A stretch of 64,000 nucleotides of DNA. It comes from Lama glama (taxonomy: Eukaryota). Location: the NCBI GenBank assembly GCA_028534125.1, contig CM052817.1:58778001-58842000 (forward strand), read 5' to 3'. The position numbers and the translations under genes are program-made. Of this stretch, positions 24,546 through 38,691 are shown one piece after another; position 1 is the first letter of the stretch, and every line of letters begins with the position of its first letter. The notes under the pieces are model-generated. The model saw nothing but the letters and a program-made list of their open reading frames with translations, was not told the origin of the DNA and made no database searches.

Positions 24546-26169
24546 CCCAACCCCCCCATACTCACAAACGTATGTGGGGAATGTATTTATAAGTTGCATA
24601 CTTCTTAGCTAAATGAGGAAAGGATTCCTGGTCCTGGAGAGAATCAAAGTTTTCCTTCTTGTTAAGATGCTAAGGAAATTTTTCCCTTGGAAACTTTATG
24701 AAGGATACACTAGAAGAAAATAAACAATAGCTTTATAATGAACAATAATGATTTTTCATGTGGCTATTTCTTATAATGATCCCTAATGAAAGCTGAGGAA
24801 ATAATATTAAAGTACAGCTCTGAAAAGGCATTTGTGCTAATGTGATCTTAGTATTCAGCTGAAAGGAACAGAATATGCTTACTATAATCTCCTCAATTAA
24901 ATATTTGTTCATTAAGTATTAAGAATAAAAACTTGCTTTAATTTTCCATTTAAACACTCCTTTTTTTCCCCAGAGTCACCCTCTTTCTTTATGTGTATTA
25001 AAGATAAACATTTTAAGATTTAAGTTATATCAGTCTAAATATTCCTGATTACTTTTATTAAGTGGTTTTAAAGATCAAAACTATCTCACAAAATAACTTC
25101 TAGAAGTAATGTTAAAAATAAATAGCATCCCTTAAAAAGAATGACTTCAAGGATGAGATGAACTGGTATACTTTTTAATAAGTCCGTTGAAATAAGAAGT
25201 TGTATGGGTAGATTCTAGTTTAGATAATTCCATTCTTGTCTTGAAATTACTGAAGTCCTGCCACTAAAAAGAAAATGTGTTTCAGAATGTTTGATACAGA
25301 TGAAGAGGTTTTGGAGATTCTGGTATAATTCTTTGCGGTGTTATAAATGAAGTTCTGATTTAGTCTGCCATTTAACCTCCATTGGCTCTGTTCTCATTCT
25401 GTCAATCTTTATAATCTCTTTAATTTTGCAATCTTTTGAAGTATGAATATGATCTCTATTATTACTCTAAAAATTCTACAAATATGAATCCTTAGAGTGG
25501 TTAATCATTAAAAGGATCAAATCTAAGAAAAATTCAAGATTTATTCCCAAGAGAAACCTAGTCTATTTTTCCTTCTTTATGATCATAGAGGGCAAATTCA
25601 GTTTAATCTAGAGTTGTGTGTTTAGATCCCACATTAACTTTTACCATTTCATGGATTAAAATGTGTTCTTTTGATGTCAAGAATTCCATTTACTCAAATT
25701 ATACATCTATTCCAGAATCAGAATCTTAAACTCATTGAATGAAAATAATATAAATTTTTACATAAACAATTAATTCTGTTTTCCTTGGAACTTTCTCTTG
25801 TCAAAATAGGATTTTACAGTAAATTGTGTCTCATATTTACTGTAAATCATCAGTAAAAAATGTAAAATTATAGTTACCTTTTAACATTATATACTTTTCT
25901 AAAGAGATTCATCCTTTATTGTATACCAATCTAATTTGCAAAGATATAAATGATTAGTGTATACTCCATAAAAATCTATTGCTAATTGCTCGGAAAACAA
26001 ACTAAATTTTTATAAATGATGTTATTGTTTGTATATTATATTTCACAAACTTAAGTCAGTTTGTTATAAATTTGATCCACAGAAATAAATTTAATGCTGC
26101 TATATAATATATTCATCCTCTTCTGACCCCCCTCCCCTTTTTTTTTTTTTGACAAATTGTTGTCTTCTG

Positions 26170-26462
26170 TATCTCAGTCTTAAATTCTTCAGGGAGAAAT
26201 TCCTACTCCAGAACAGTTCTCTTTGCTATATAGCAGTCTGTAATAGCACCACCTCTAATAACACCCTATGCTATCAGTATCATAGGACTTAAAATATTTT
26301 ATTTTACTTAGATTTTTAGACTCTGTTTTGCATTTATGATTTAAACTCAGTGATGGCAGAGTTCCAATATAGCATTCTTCCACTCTATCTCAGGGCTTAG
26401 ATCCAGTGAATGGCATATAATGGATATGCAGTAAATATTTGTTGAATACATATATGAATAAA
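26170..26462 (+). mobile_element. L2 3' end
   Basis: tctcagtcttaaat...ttcagggag...tatctcagggcttag..ccagtgaatggcatataa...gtaaatatttgttgaat. Confidence 0.65.
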
Positions 26463-29400
26463 ATTATCACTCTCCAGTAAAAATGATGATGATAACAGCA
26501 TTGGTATATCATACAAAAATATAAGAAACTTTAAGAAGGGTCCTTCAAAAGCACACTTATAATGCATTCCGTTTCTTATTTACTCTCCAGATAGTTATTT
26601 TACTCCTAGATTTTCTTAAAACATCACAGTAGCTAGTGGGCATATCAAGATGAATAAAAGCCAATCTGTGACTTAAGAGGTTTATCAATCTATTTATGGA
26701 GACAGACACCTATCCAAGTAACTATAACACACAGGCATAAATCCTGTAACAGACAAATAGTTTTGAGAAGGGAGTCCCACCTCACAGAGGAGGTGGGATA
26801 GAACTGCACATAGACTTGAAACATTTGATTTTTGTTACTTTCCCCACCAAGTCTAAATACAGAATAAAGAGAAAGCTGAATATTCAGCCCCTGCTCATTG
26901 TTACCATGGGTTAACATAGAACAAATTTTTTCAGATCTTTAAGGGATGATACTATTATTGTTGTTGTTGTTATTGTTATTATTAATGTTTATACAGCAAC
27001 AGTTATTAGCCCTTCTGGTTTTTTTTTAATAGCAAAACAAATCATAACTGAAGAAGGAAAAGTGAACAATGTTCTCTCGGGTTACTGTTTTCTCAAATGT
27101 TAATCTCTTTCCATGGGCTTCAGTTACTTACAACTTTCCAAATCAAATAATGACCCACATTACTCTTCACATTGGTTAAGATACAATTATGAAGGTACTC
27201 ATAAAATAGATAGATTCATTATAGTATCTTTAGAATTACCAGCAGTCATTGCATTTAGTGGCACTGGTGTCCTGCACAGCTGCAAAAGGATTTGCCTTAG
27301 TCATGTGCAATGCACAACTGCTTAATGGTAGGCAGTGGTCCCTAGCACCATGGATCAACCCTAAAAATAATGTAACCAAAATAGTAAGCACTGCTCCTTT
27401 TGCTTTTGGCCTAATATTAGCCTTAGCGATTGAGATTCTTAATCCACCTGGTTTTTTCCCTTATTTATTTTATTTAAAACAAACAATTCTTGTGGAATAT
27501 TTGCATTTGATGTTACTGAGTTGGCTGATAACCAATAAGAATGACTGCGATGATATAGGGAACAGAGATTATAGGTCCTGCTGAGAATTTTATTGAGTAA
27601 TAAATGTAGCTTGAACCATTGCAAATTTTTAAAAACCACTGATGTTTAATATCAAGGTTCTGGGTTTAATTTTTTTTTATCAGTTAGTTTTTATATTTAT
27701 AGGACTATACATTTAACCTCAGAAAAATATCTCAAAAATAGCACCATATTGACAACAATTTAGTGCAGAATAGATCTGTTGCCCTGTGAGGTGAAAAATT
27801 TTGAGACCAGGTTTTTTTAGCATAGTAAATCAGAAGTGTATAGATGATGGTACATTTTGAAAGCCCATTTAAAATATGTAGTGGTAAATTTTTACTAAAA
27901 ATTCAGGAGTATAATAATATATTAATTATTTCCTTTTTGTAGTCTTAATGATTCAAACATCTAATACATAGCTGGATTATCTTTTTTTTTTTTTGGTCTA
28001 TTTATATACTTCCCAACTTAAGGACAGTTTACATCTTATCAGTTTCTTAAATTTCCCAGTAAAAATAATGATGAACGCTATTTAATAATCCTTTCTTCCT
28101 TCTCTCCATAAAGATAGAAGGCCAAGATGTTTGGATTGTATTTGCGTGTGTGATTCTCAGTCATAAGTGCCAAGAATATTTTCTGATGAGAAATATGAAT
28201 CTGTTATATTTTTAAAAAATCAATCTATTTATATAACATAATACTTATCAAAATACTTATGTTTATTAATCTATTATATTAATCTATTATAAAGCTTACT
28301 TAATCTTATGAACACAATTGTGTCATTTGACAAATTTCCAAGTCATCTTGTAGCTTTAACATGATGATGTTGCAACTGTGACTTTAAACTACTTTTTAAA
28401 AATAGCCTTTTTAGCAAAAAGATAAAAACTAATAATCATGAGATCATTTTAACTTTTGCAAAATGATATCAAGTGTGTATACACAAAATTCTTTTGGTCA
28501 TTGTTATTACTTGCTTGAGTTCTATGTGCCTGTCAAATTAAAAATAATGTTGTATTAGACTAAGGATTTTTTTTAAAGGGCATCTGATGTTACTGCCTTT
28601 TTAACACTGAGTGGCCAGACGTACAGGTGTTAGAGAAATATCTTAATGAAAAAACTTCAATAGGAGCTTTCAAACATTCAAAACCTCTGTTTATGAAAGC
28701 TTCTCTAATATTCCTAGATTTAATGTTAAAGCACTGCCTGATTTGCTCACGAGTAAAAAGATTTTGTCTGGTATTATCATTTCATGTATTTCTGAGTAAT
28801 TTATTTATACAGTAAGAAGTATTATTTCTCAGTTCTTTACAGCTTCGTTCTGGTTGATGAAACAAGGTCATGGAAACACTATTTAGTTTTTGGCCTCCAG
28901 GACCTTGTCCTTTTGTTTTGTATTAGCACAGGTGGGAATGAATGAGAGCACATTTCTGTTGTTTTTTTACCAGCTAAGAGAAGGGCTTTGGGAGAGAAGC
29001 ATAAAGTGAGTAGGGAAAGCATTGTCCTGGGTACCTCTTTGCATATTCAGTCTGAGCATTATATATCTGACAATCTTGGTATATTTAAACCCTGGAATTA
29101 CCCTAGGAAACAATTTTTTTGGTCTACCTTTATCTAACTTCAAGTAAATAGCCTTGAAAGCCACTCTTCCTAGACTTGTGGCAATAGAGTTAATACAGGC
29201 TTTCCTTCCATCAAATGATTGCCCTGACATTCCTAAGGACAGGTCCTTTTGTCAGCAGAGAGAATACAATTAATAGTGTTCCACTGTGAAGTTGTTGCTG
29301 TTTAGTCTTTAGTGAAAACTATGGTTCTGCCATTTAGCACATTAAGACCACTTCTCATTTTATTGTATTTTACACATCACAAAATGTTTTTACACACATA

Positions 29401-29499
29401 CATTATCAAGATTGATTTTCATAATTGAATGAGATGGGAATGAACTTTCTGATTGTTAAATGCCCAAGACATTCCTGGGATTTCCTGCAACCTGGGATC

Positions 29500-30285
29500 T
29501 TTTTTTTTAAATTGAAGTATAGTTGATTTACAATGTTGTTAGTTTCAGGTATGCAGTAAAGTAATTCAGTTATACATACATATATATATTCTTTTTCAGA
29601 TTTTTTTTCCCATTATAGGTTATTACAAGACACTGAATATAGTTCCTGTGCTATATAGTAGGTCCTTGTTATTTACATATTTTATACATAATAGTGTTTA
29701 TCTGTTACTCTCAGACTCCTAATTTATCCCTCTCTTGACCTTCCTTCCCCTTTGGTAACCATAAGTTTGTTTTCTATGTCTATGAGTTTCTTTCTGTTTT
29801 GTAAATAAGTTGATTTGTATCAATGTTTTTAGCTTTCACATATAAGTGATATAATGTGATGTTTGTCTTTGACTTGCTTCACTTACTATGATAATCCACA
29901 TTAGGTCCATCCGTGTTGCTGCAAATGGCACTATTTTCTCCTTTTTTATGGCTAAATAATATTTTATTGTGTATATACACCACATCTTGATCCAGTCATC
30001 TGTTGATGGACATTTATGTTGCTCCCTTGTCTTGGCTATTGTAAATAGTGTTGCTGTCAACATTGGGGTGCATGTATCTTTTCGAGTTAGAGTCCCCTCT
30101 GGATATATGCCCAGGGGTGGGATTGCTGAATCATATGGTGACTCTGTTTTTAGTTTTTTTAAGGAATGTCCATACTATTCATATTGACTGCATCAATTTA
30201 TATTCCCACCAACAGTGTAAGAGGGTTCCCTTTTCTCTGCACTCTCTTGCACTTATTATCTGTAGACTTTTTGATGATGTCCATT
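29500..30285 (-). mobile_element. L1 3' end (cetartiodactyl-type) with ORF2 C-terminal remnant
   Basis: attgaagtatagttgatttacaatgttg...cctttggtaaccataagtttgttttctatgtc; ORF 29836-30063 (LFTIAKT..QHKCPSTDDWIKMW.IYT..YY.AIKK...PFAAT) is L1 ORF2-like. Confidence 0.92.
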
Positions 30286-32567
30286 ATTTAGTATTGCTTG
30301 TCCATTTCAAATCTTAGAAATCTATACCTATCTTTTCAATGTAGGTTAAAGCCTCCAAATATTACCAAGTGAAAATAATAAAAGAAAAACTTACAGGACC
30401 AATTCTGATAGGTTTGATAAATGATGTCAGGTTTTTCTCTCTGACTGACTTGCTGCTGCTTCTACCCCTGGTCACTTTCACTGCTTCTGCTTCTCTGCTT
30501 CGGCGCCCCTCCCCTAACCACCACCGCTTGTGCTTATAAGAGCCACTATATTCTTTAAACATTGTATTCTATAAAAGTTTTATCCTGTAAACCTTAAATC
30601 ATCCTCACCATTCAGAAATTTTTTGAATACTCAGCAACTAAGCTTCTTATAATACCTTTACATTAAGCAATTATACTGACTGTGTGATACAAAATTCTTG
30701 CTGTTTTTTTAAACAAAGCCAGATTATTATTTCTTGACAAATTCAAAACAAATATAAAAATAGATTTGAAAATATTAGATACCTACTTCATGCATAATCC
30801 TGAATGAGAGATTAAGTCAAATTGACTTATGCTGAAAATAATAAATATTATAAAATTATAAAGATGGATCATGATTTTTTTCCCTATAATGCAAAATTTG
30901 GATTGCTATACCAAAGGTAATTCTATTATGTTTATGTAGGACTTGGAGGTGACAACGTTTGACACAGAAAAGTTCAGGTTTAGAGAGAATTAAACCCACA
31001 GTTTGTCTCAGTAGAAATTGTGAGGGTAAATTACTCTTCAAAGTTTTGGATTTGCTTTAAAGTAAAAGTACAGTGTAAATGCACACATAATGTATAGCTC
31101 ACTGGCCCAAAATATGAAGCATTTTCTGAAGGAAACTAATAGCCTGTACTTATTTCCATCCTATGCTTATTGAATGGTGCTAGTCTATACATCTGTTCTT
31201 TATCTAATAACTCATCTTACCATTATGTAATCTGAGCATAATAACATTACAGACAGGTCACGTTTTCATTATAAACTTACTTTATCAATATATTTAATAA
31301 GTTTATGTTTTTCAAATACTATAATTTTTAGTTTCAAATGAATTGGACTGTATAACAGCAAGGTTCTATCTGTACTGTTAGACTAGTAAAAGTAGGTTAT
31401 AATGGAAAAATAATGCCTATTCAAATTTTAATTAGACCTGCATCTTTTCATATTTATTTTTTGCCAATTTGTTTTAACTAATCTGCTACTGTGATTAGGT
31501 GCTATCTCTGTTCATCACATAAAATTAAAGTCAGAGTCCTGGTCATTTAAATGGATGGAAGGAAGATGGAAAGGAAAGAGGGGAGGGAGGAAAAAATTTA
31601 ATTTTAACAAAGGGCCTGAATAATCCATAGGCAAGATGCTTTGGGCATACATTTACACAGGTTTTATCAACAGTTTCATATAAATGATACTTTTCATTGG
31701 TAAGAGTTTATTTTTCTAAAATGTTGTTTTCCATATTTAATTTATTACCAAAATTGATTTTTGTATTTGAAAGAAAATAATATTTAAATCTGTTAACAAG
31801 TGCTTATTATAAAGTTGTTACCAATATTAGTAGTTAATTTTATATGTTAAAGATTGCTTTTACTCATGCAAAAATATAATCTTTCAGTTTCACATCAGTA
31901 TATTAAAGGCCATTCAATAACTAGAGAAAAAACTTCAGTTTTAGTGTCTGAAAAATTTTTCAGTTCATGTATTTTTTTGCCTTTTATACTATTAAAATAG
32001 TGCATGTTCCATGTTTATAAAAACCTTAAGAGTTATTCAAATATGAAATGATAAGGATTAATTTTTGTAAGCATAAATAAGTTACACATAGGCTTGGTAC
32101 TTCATTAAGGTTTTATTTAAAACAGTTTATGCTCATTCTTCTAAGAATACTTACTACTGAACAGATTTCTTACTTGGCTCAAGTGTCCTTTGCCTACATT
32201 CATGCAATTTACACAAGTTGTTGGCTTGAAGAGGTAGGAAATGTTTGTAAAACAAAAACAGCAATAAGTATAGTTTTAATGTCTCTCCATTTTCACTGGA
32301 AATTGACTGGATGAGGCTGAATAGTTCTTAGTTTTAAACATGTACTTTTAATTTTTCTCCAAAAGTATAATTAACAAAATAAATTTGATCTCAGTGAAAT
32401 GGTTTTTAAATAGTTTCATACTGTTTTATGTCCTGAAAGTCTCCTGAATTTATCAGCGGAAAAAAAACACAATTATACAGGATTATTTCTTGTGATTTTA
32501 GTAAGCAACAAAAAAGTTATTCCTTATATATTTTAAATATACTGCAAACTATAGTGTATGTTTAAAA

Positions 32568-32607
32568 TCATCATCATCATCATCAACACCATCATCATCA
32601 TTATCAT
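32568..32607. repeat. Imperfect (CAT)n repeat
   Basis: Direct reading. Confidence 0.85.
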
Positions 32608-33526
32608 TTTTAGTATTTCTACCATGATTATAACCATGAGTTATTGAACATTCTACACAAAGTAACACACAAAATTAATATTTTTCTATTATAATTACCT
32701 CCTATTGCTAATAGCTCTGTGATGCTGATATTCTGAAAAAAGACATTTTATGTATGTGTATATATATAAATTATATATAGCATATAGTATAAAAGCCATT
32801 TAAAGATAAAAAGTAAATTTTTTGCTTTGTTACATAATACGTGGTGTACTAGATGCTATTCATGCAGATAGAAATGGTGTGTCCCTAACTTGTATAACTC
32901 CCTGCCTAGTATATAATGTGGGGAGGGTATGATTTTAGAGAGACTGTTGTTGCTGTTATTGCTGTTTGTTTTGTAAGTTAGGTAACTAGTTAGTTTTGCT
33001 TTCAAAGTGATTCAGGCATTTTAATGTATTAAGGGTAAAGTGGGAGTAAGGAGAGGGAGTTTGAATACAGGAGAAGGAATAAGCAATTAGCAAAGATGAC
33101 ATAGGAGACGGGAAGAAATAAAGCTCAGAGCTGAGGAACTGGTCTAAATCTGGAAGTACCTGTCTCCCAGGGAGACGTCAGGTGGGACTATAAGAATAAA
33201 TCAATAAACTGATGAAATTATTGGGGCAAAGCATGGTCAGCAATAGAGAGGACAGAAAACTAAGGAAGCTTACACCTAAGGGCCTTTATTTTCTTAGTGA
33301 AAGCAGAGGTAAGGTCAGGTCTTGAAACCTCCTCACTCTTTCTCTCCATCCCCTCATAAGGGAGAAATAAGAGGCCTGAAGGATATGAACAAGTTTTGAA
33401 ACAACAGCAATGGAGAATGATGGGGAAGAGAATAGATGGGGGAGATATGGAAGGATTAGAAATCATCACTGAAGACATTTTACACTGGAGCCCATCTTCC
33501 ACCACTATTTCTTTAAATTGCTTTTA

Positions 33527-33780
33527 TTTATTTGTTATTTTTCAATTCCCATTACATATTTTTAATTTTTTATTGAAATATATTTAGTTTACAATGTTGT
33601 ATTAATTTCTTGTGTACAACATAATAGTTCAGTCATACATATACATACATATATTCTTTTTCATACTCTTTCATTGTAGGTTACTACAAGATGTTGAATG
33701 TAGTTCCCTGTGCTATACGGTATAAATTTGTTGTTTATCTATTTTATATAGTGGTTTGTATCTGCAAATCTCAAACTCAG
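33527..33780 (-). mobile_element. Truncated L1 3' end with candidate TSD
   Basis: tttattgaaatatatttagtttacaatgttgt...tagttccctgtgctatac...tatctgcaaatctcaaactc; ttgctttta at 33518-33526 and 33781-33789. Confidence 0.85.
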
Positions 33781-34099
33781 TTGCTTTTAATTGTAGACTG
33801 AATTTAAGCAGGAAGAGTATCTTCCCCTGCTATGTGAACATGGCAGAGTTACAGAGTTCAGATTGCCCAACCTACAGAGCTACATGATGTTTCTTATTTC
33901 TAAGTTGTATGAAAAGAGGAAAAAATTCTAAATAAGGGAGGCTCAGGAAAGTCAGTGATGTACATTCTGAAAGTGTCAACAAAACTTCACCAAACAGGGA
34001 TTTATCCAAGTTTGCCACATGTTGTGAAATCTGAAATCTGACATTTGCTGTGTCCTAAGGCCAGCCTCAGCTTAGTAACTTTACTTCTATATTTAAAAA

Positions 34100-34510
34100 T
34101 ATATATGTTCTGTTGTATATATATATACAATGGAATAGTACTCAGCCACAAAAGAGAATAAAATAATTTCATTTGCAGCAACATGGATGGACCTAGAGAT
34201 TACTATACTAAGTGGGTAAGCCAGAAAGAGAAAGAAAGATACCATATGATATTACTTACAGGTGGAATCTGAAAAAAAGACACAAATGAGCTTATTTACA
34301 AAACAGAAATAGACTCACAGACATAGAAATATATAAAATAGATAAACAACAAAGTCTTACTGTATAGCACAGGGAACTATATTCAATATCATAATAGCTT
34401 ATAATGCATAAGAGTATTAAAAGGAATATATACATATAACTGAATCACTATGCTGTACACCAGAAATTAACGCAGCGTTGTAAACTGATTATATACTTCA
34501 ATAGAAAAAA
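34100..34510 (+). mobile_element. L1 3' end with internal deletion
   Basis: acaatggaatagtactcagcca...tttgcagcaacatggatggacctagagat...aaacagaaatagactcacagacataga...tgtatagcacagggaactatattcaatatc...cttcaata A-tail. Confidence 0.9.
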
Positions 34511-34889
34511 CCACCTAAAGTATCAATTTAAAAAAATACATACAGTCTGATCATAGGTCTATTTATGTAGCCATGAAGAAGTTCTGTTCTATGGTTTCTT
34601 AAAATTCTAGGTCACTAAGAATTTAGGAATTTGATAATACTTCACTGAAACATTTTAAAGAACCATTGTTATGGTGATTTGGTTCTAGATTTGGATGGGA
34701 AGAGGATGAAATAACTAGTTTCATTTAGAAAAGCCTGAGTACATACAACATATAGAGCCATCAAATAATTGTGATTTTCCTTTGGCACACTCATTTAAAC
34801 CATAGTTTTAGTTACACATTAATATTTCTCAGAATTCTTTCATCTGTTTACTCACATCAGCCCTGTGTCATGCGCTTCAGCTTACTTTT

Positions 34890-35752
34890 CTCAGTGCTTA
34901 GCATATCTTAAACTATACTCAGATTTCCCAAAACAAAACTATACCTTCACTAGTATTTCCTTTTTAAATAAATGGCACCAGTCAGGCCAGAAAGCCATTG
35001 TCATCCCACTTCTTCATTCTCTGCTGCAAATCAGTTATCAAATCCTGTTGAATTTATCTCCAATATTGAGGTCATCGTCTTCTCTCACTGGTGCACCACT
35101 GGCCTCCTAAGTTATCACTATATCTTCAATCTCAATGCCATTCTCCAGCATCTTCAGTTGAAGTCGTCTTACTAAGACATAAATTTTGTGAGATTATTCC
35201 CTAGTTAAAATCTTTAATGACTTTCCATTACCCTTAGGATAAATAAGAATCTCCTTAACATGCTTATCAAGCCCTCCATGACCTGGCATCTGCCCACCTC
35301 TTTTGCTTCATTTTTTTGTCGTACTTCTAGAGTATGCTAAACTCTTTCTCTACTGATTTTTTTCTTTTTTTTTTAAAGTTCAGTACTACAGTGTCTCAAA
35401 TGTCTGAGCCTTTTCTTATGCTGCCCTCTCTTCTGCCTGGTACATTACCTCTCTAAGCCCTATCTTTGCCTGGACCGATACTTACTTACCCTACAGTTGT
35501 AAATTTAAACATTACTTTCTTCAAGAGATCTCCTTGATTTATGAAACACTGTTAGATTCCCCACTTTCTGTTCTTACAGCATCCCATACTTCCCCTGTGT
35601 TTATGCTCACCTGTATTCTTGTGATAATGACTTTCATTTGACATTTGATTGACTTTTCCCTCCTACTCTCCTCTGTGTGAGAGCACAGATCAAGTTTACC
35701 TCCTTCATCTTCATCAGATAGTGTAATGTCTGACACAGCCTCTCAATAAATG
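34890..35752 (+). mobile_element. L2 element
   Basis: aaatggcacca...aatcagttatcaaatcctgt...ttaaaatctttaatgactttccatt...tgctgccctctcttctgcctgg...ctgacacagcctctcaataaat. Confidence 0.75.
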
Positions 35753-38397
35753 ATTATTATGTTACCAGAATGCTGTGAGTTCAAATATGATATGATCGTG
35801 GATGGATATTTTTATTTTTACTATTCAGAATTTCAGTTTATCTTTCAATGCGCTATTTTTAAATACTTTTCAATATTTATTCCCATTTTTGGGGGGCAAG
35901 GTCTTTGCTTATGCCTCTATAAATATATTTATATGTAAATTGATATAAAATATCTATTTTGGGCTGAGTTTCTCATTCAGAATGCTCCACATTGGCTACT
36001 TCCAAACTTCAAACTTAGTGTTAACAGGTTTTATGTAAAACTATTCAGGATTTATTTTGTTAACTATTTAGTTTTCCATTACAAAAGGCATAGTGATGCT
36101 TTATTGAGTCTAAAACACAAACGATTTCAGCTTGCTTTATAAGAGAATTCCTCATTAGAGATTGCCTTAGTGACTGCAAAATTTGATTGATAATCAAGAG
36201 CATAGAAAGGCAATATTATCAGCTTTGCGCTGGTTTTTGAATGTCCAGATGATGATTTAAAGAACAAATAAGGCAAACCTGTGCCTCCAGTCATGTTTAA
36301 TCTTATGCACGCCTAGACTTTCTTCTTTATCATAAGCACATTTGCATCTGTTGCCTACCAACAGAGAAGGCAATCAATAATGATGAATAATAATATTATG
36401 TAATTCACTCAGAAGAGGCATATTACATGGATTTTAGAAGTAAATTACATGAAAATTCCCCCTGAAATGCCATAGGAGTCATTGAAAAATGAGATCCTTA
36501 GAGCACAGTACATGCCAGACTAGCTTTAGACAGCGTGATGGTTTTGCCTGTAAGTAAATAAGTAAATCTTTGTCATCACATGTGGCTATTTCTTTAAGCT
36601 TCCTCTCTAATTATGGGCAACTGTGAACAAATGTGGTATATTCACCTAAGAGCCTTCAAAGAAGAAAGAAATATATATAATTTCAAACTCAAGATAGCTT
36701 TCAAAAATAGAAATTGCCACCAATTTTAATTGAAGTAAAATTTATCAGAACTACCATTAAGAGTGAAAAATGTAAGGTACCCATAATCTCTTTGGGAAAA
36801 AAAAGGAATAAGAAAGTCAGGATTAAAACTTATCAGCAAAGATTTGCTTTGAAAATAAATTCTTAAGACGTTGTCTTATTTGGAGTTCAAATTTAAGTTT
36901 GTATATAAAATGAGAAGTAATATAACTACTTGATGTCGTGAATGTTGCTATAGATTCGCAAGTTGTCTGTACTTATTTCTTGAATGATATGTAGCCCTTT
37001 GATAACTATTCTCTAATTATCAATAAGTAACTTTAATAAACATTTTGTGACTCATTAAAACATTTAAAACACTTTATAAGACCAAGAAAACACAAGGAAT
37101 TCTGAAATTTGTACATATAACCAAATATGTTTGGTTTTAGATCATGTCTGTCTCCCAATTTGTCATTATAAAGAAGTACGGTAGTTACTTAGATTTTCTT
37201 TGTTTCTGTTTTGTCTTTTTTTCCCTACTTGGAAGCTAAGACTCAAGGACATTGAGCCTGATATAAATGTGATCTATTATATATAGTATCGTATGGAAAG
37301 CTTAAATCACTTGTGATTATCACTAACTTGAACTACTTGTTGCATTCCTTTACATCTTTAAAAAATGGGATACTTTGAAGTTAATGTCTTAAGGAAATGT
37401 TCTCACAGGAAACATCTTTCCATTAACAGATTATGCCAGTAAGAATAAGAAACAACTAACTGTTGAAATTAAATCCTTATATGAATAAGTGGAAGAATTG
37501 GCAAGACTGGCTTTTGAATTCATAAGGCAATTTTAAAAGTTCTCCCCAGTTGTTTTTACACAAATCTCTAGCTCTGTCTTTTTCTCTCTTTTCCTACCAT
37601 TCTTCCTCAATGACTCTTAGGTGACTGTTAGAAGAGAAATTACAGCACACACTGTGCCAAGAACCTGAAAGCTACTTTCCATGAGATACTTTTAACTTTT
37701 TATCACATGTACTATTTCCACAGATAATTTTTTATATAGATGCTATTAGAAATGACAGACTTTGAGTAAACTCTTACGGTAATTATGTAAATCATAAACA
37801 TTTCAAACTGATTTTTAGACAATAACTCTAATAAAAATAATTTACTAATTTACAATGACAATGTACATTTGCAGTCTAACTCTTCAGTGCACATACTTTT
37901 GTGAAAAGCAAGATGAGTCAAAGCATTATTACTCTTTGTATTCATACATACATTTTTGTGTCTTTTTTTGCAGCTACTTTTGCACTAGAAACATTTTCTC
38001 ATTTACTTTTAGCTTAATGAAGCTTAGGCTGAATACTTCAGGTACTCAACACTCATGTATTGACCATCTACTATGTCCCAGACATGTAAAAGACACAGGA
38101 ACAGATGATCAATGTGTAGTAGGTCTCTTCTGAACCAGAACCCACAAATTCAACATTATGAGTCATCCAGAGTTGTGGGAGGAGTGACAATATTCTATAA
38201 GGAGAACTTCAAAGTTGACTGGCTTTTAAAGAACTGATGTGAGTGATCCATTTGGTTTCAGTTAATATGTGTGAGCACACACAAATACAGACAGAAATAC
38301 AACATGTAGAGGTAAGGCATATTTCAAATGGTTATATTTTTCTATAGTATCTTGTAATCGTGAGTACTCTCAAATCAATATATTCAATCATTTAAAC

Positions 38398-38691
38398 CAG
38401 TGCTTCTTGAGGAGTGATCCACAAGAAGATTATTGCTGATACAAAATAAGTGCAGAAATTTATAACAAAGTGTTTAAAATTTATAACAAATTTATAACGA
38501 AGTGTTTACAAACTTCTATAGTAAGTTACATCTGTTGAAACTTACAGAAAAAAAGGAAAGGCTTCCATTATATATATATAGTTATTGTATTTCTATATTT
38601 GATTTGTATTGTGTTTTCCTAAACATTGGTCTGTGACAGATTGAAAGGGGAAAAAAATGATTCTTTACCATAGATGATCTAAGAATCTCTG
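38398..38691. mobile_element. hAT-Charlie-type MITE
   Basis: Degenerate TIRs cagtgcttctt / aagaatctctg; internal ttggtctgtgacagattg; subfamily uncertain. Confidence 0.55.
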
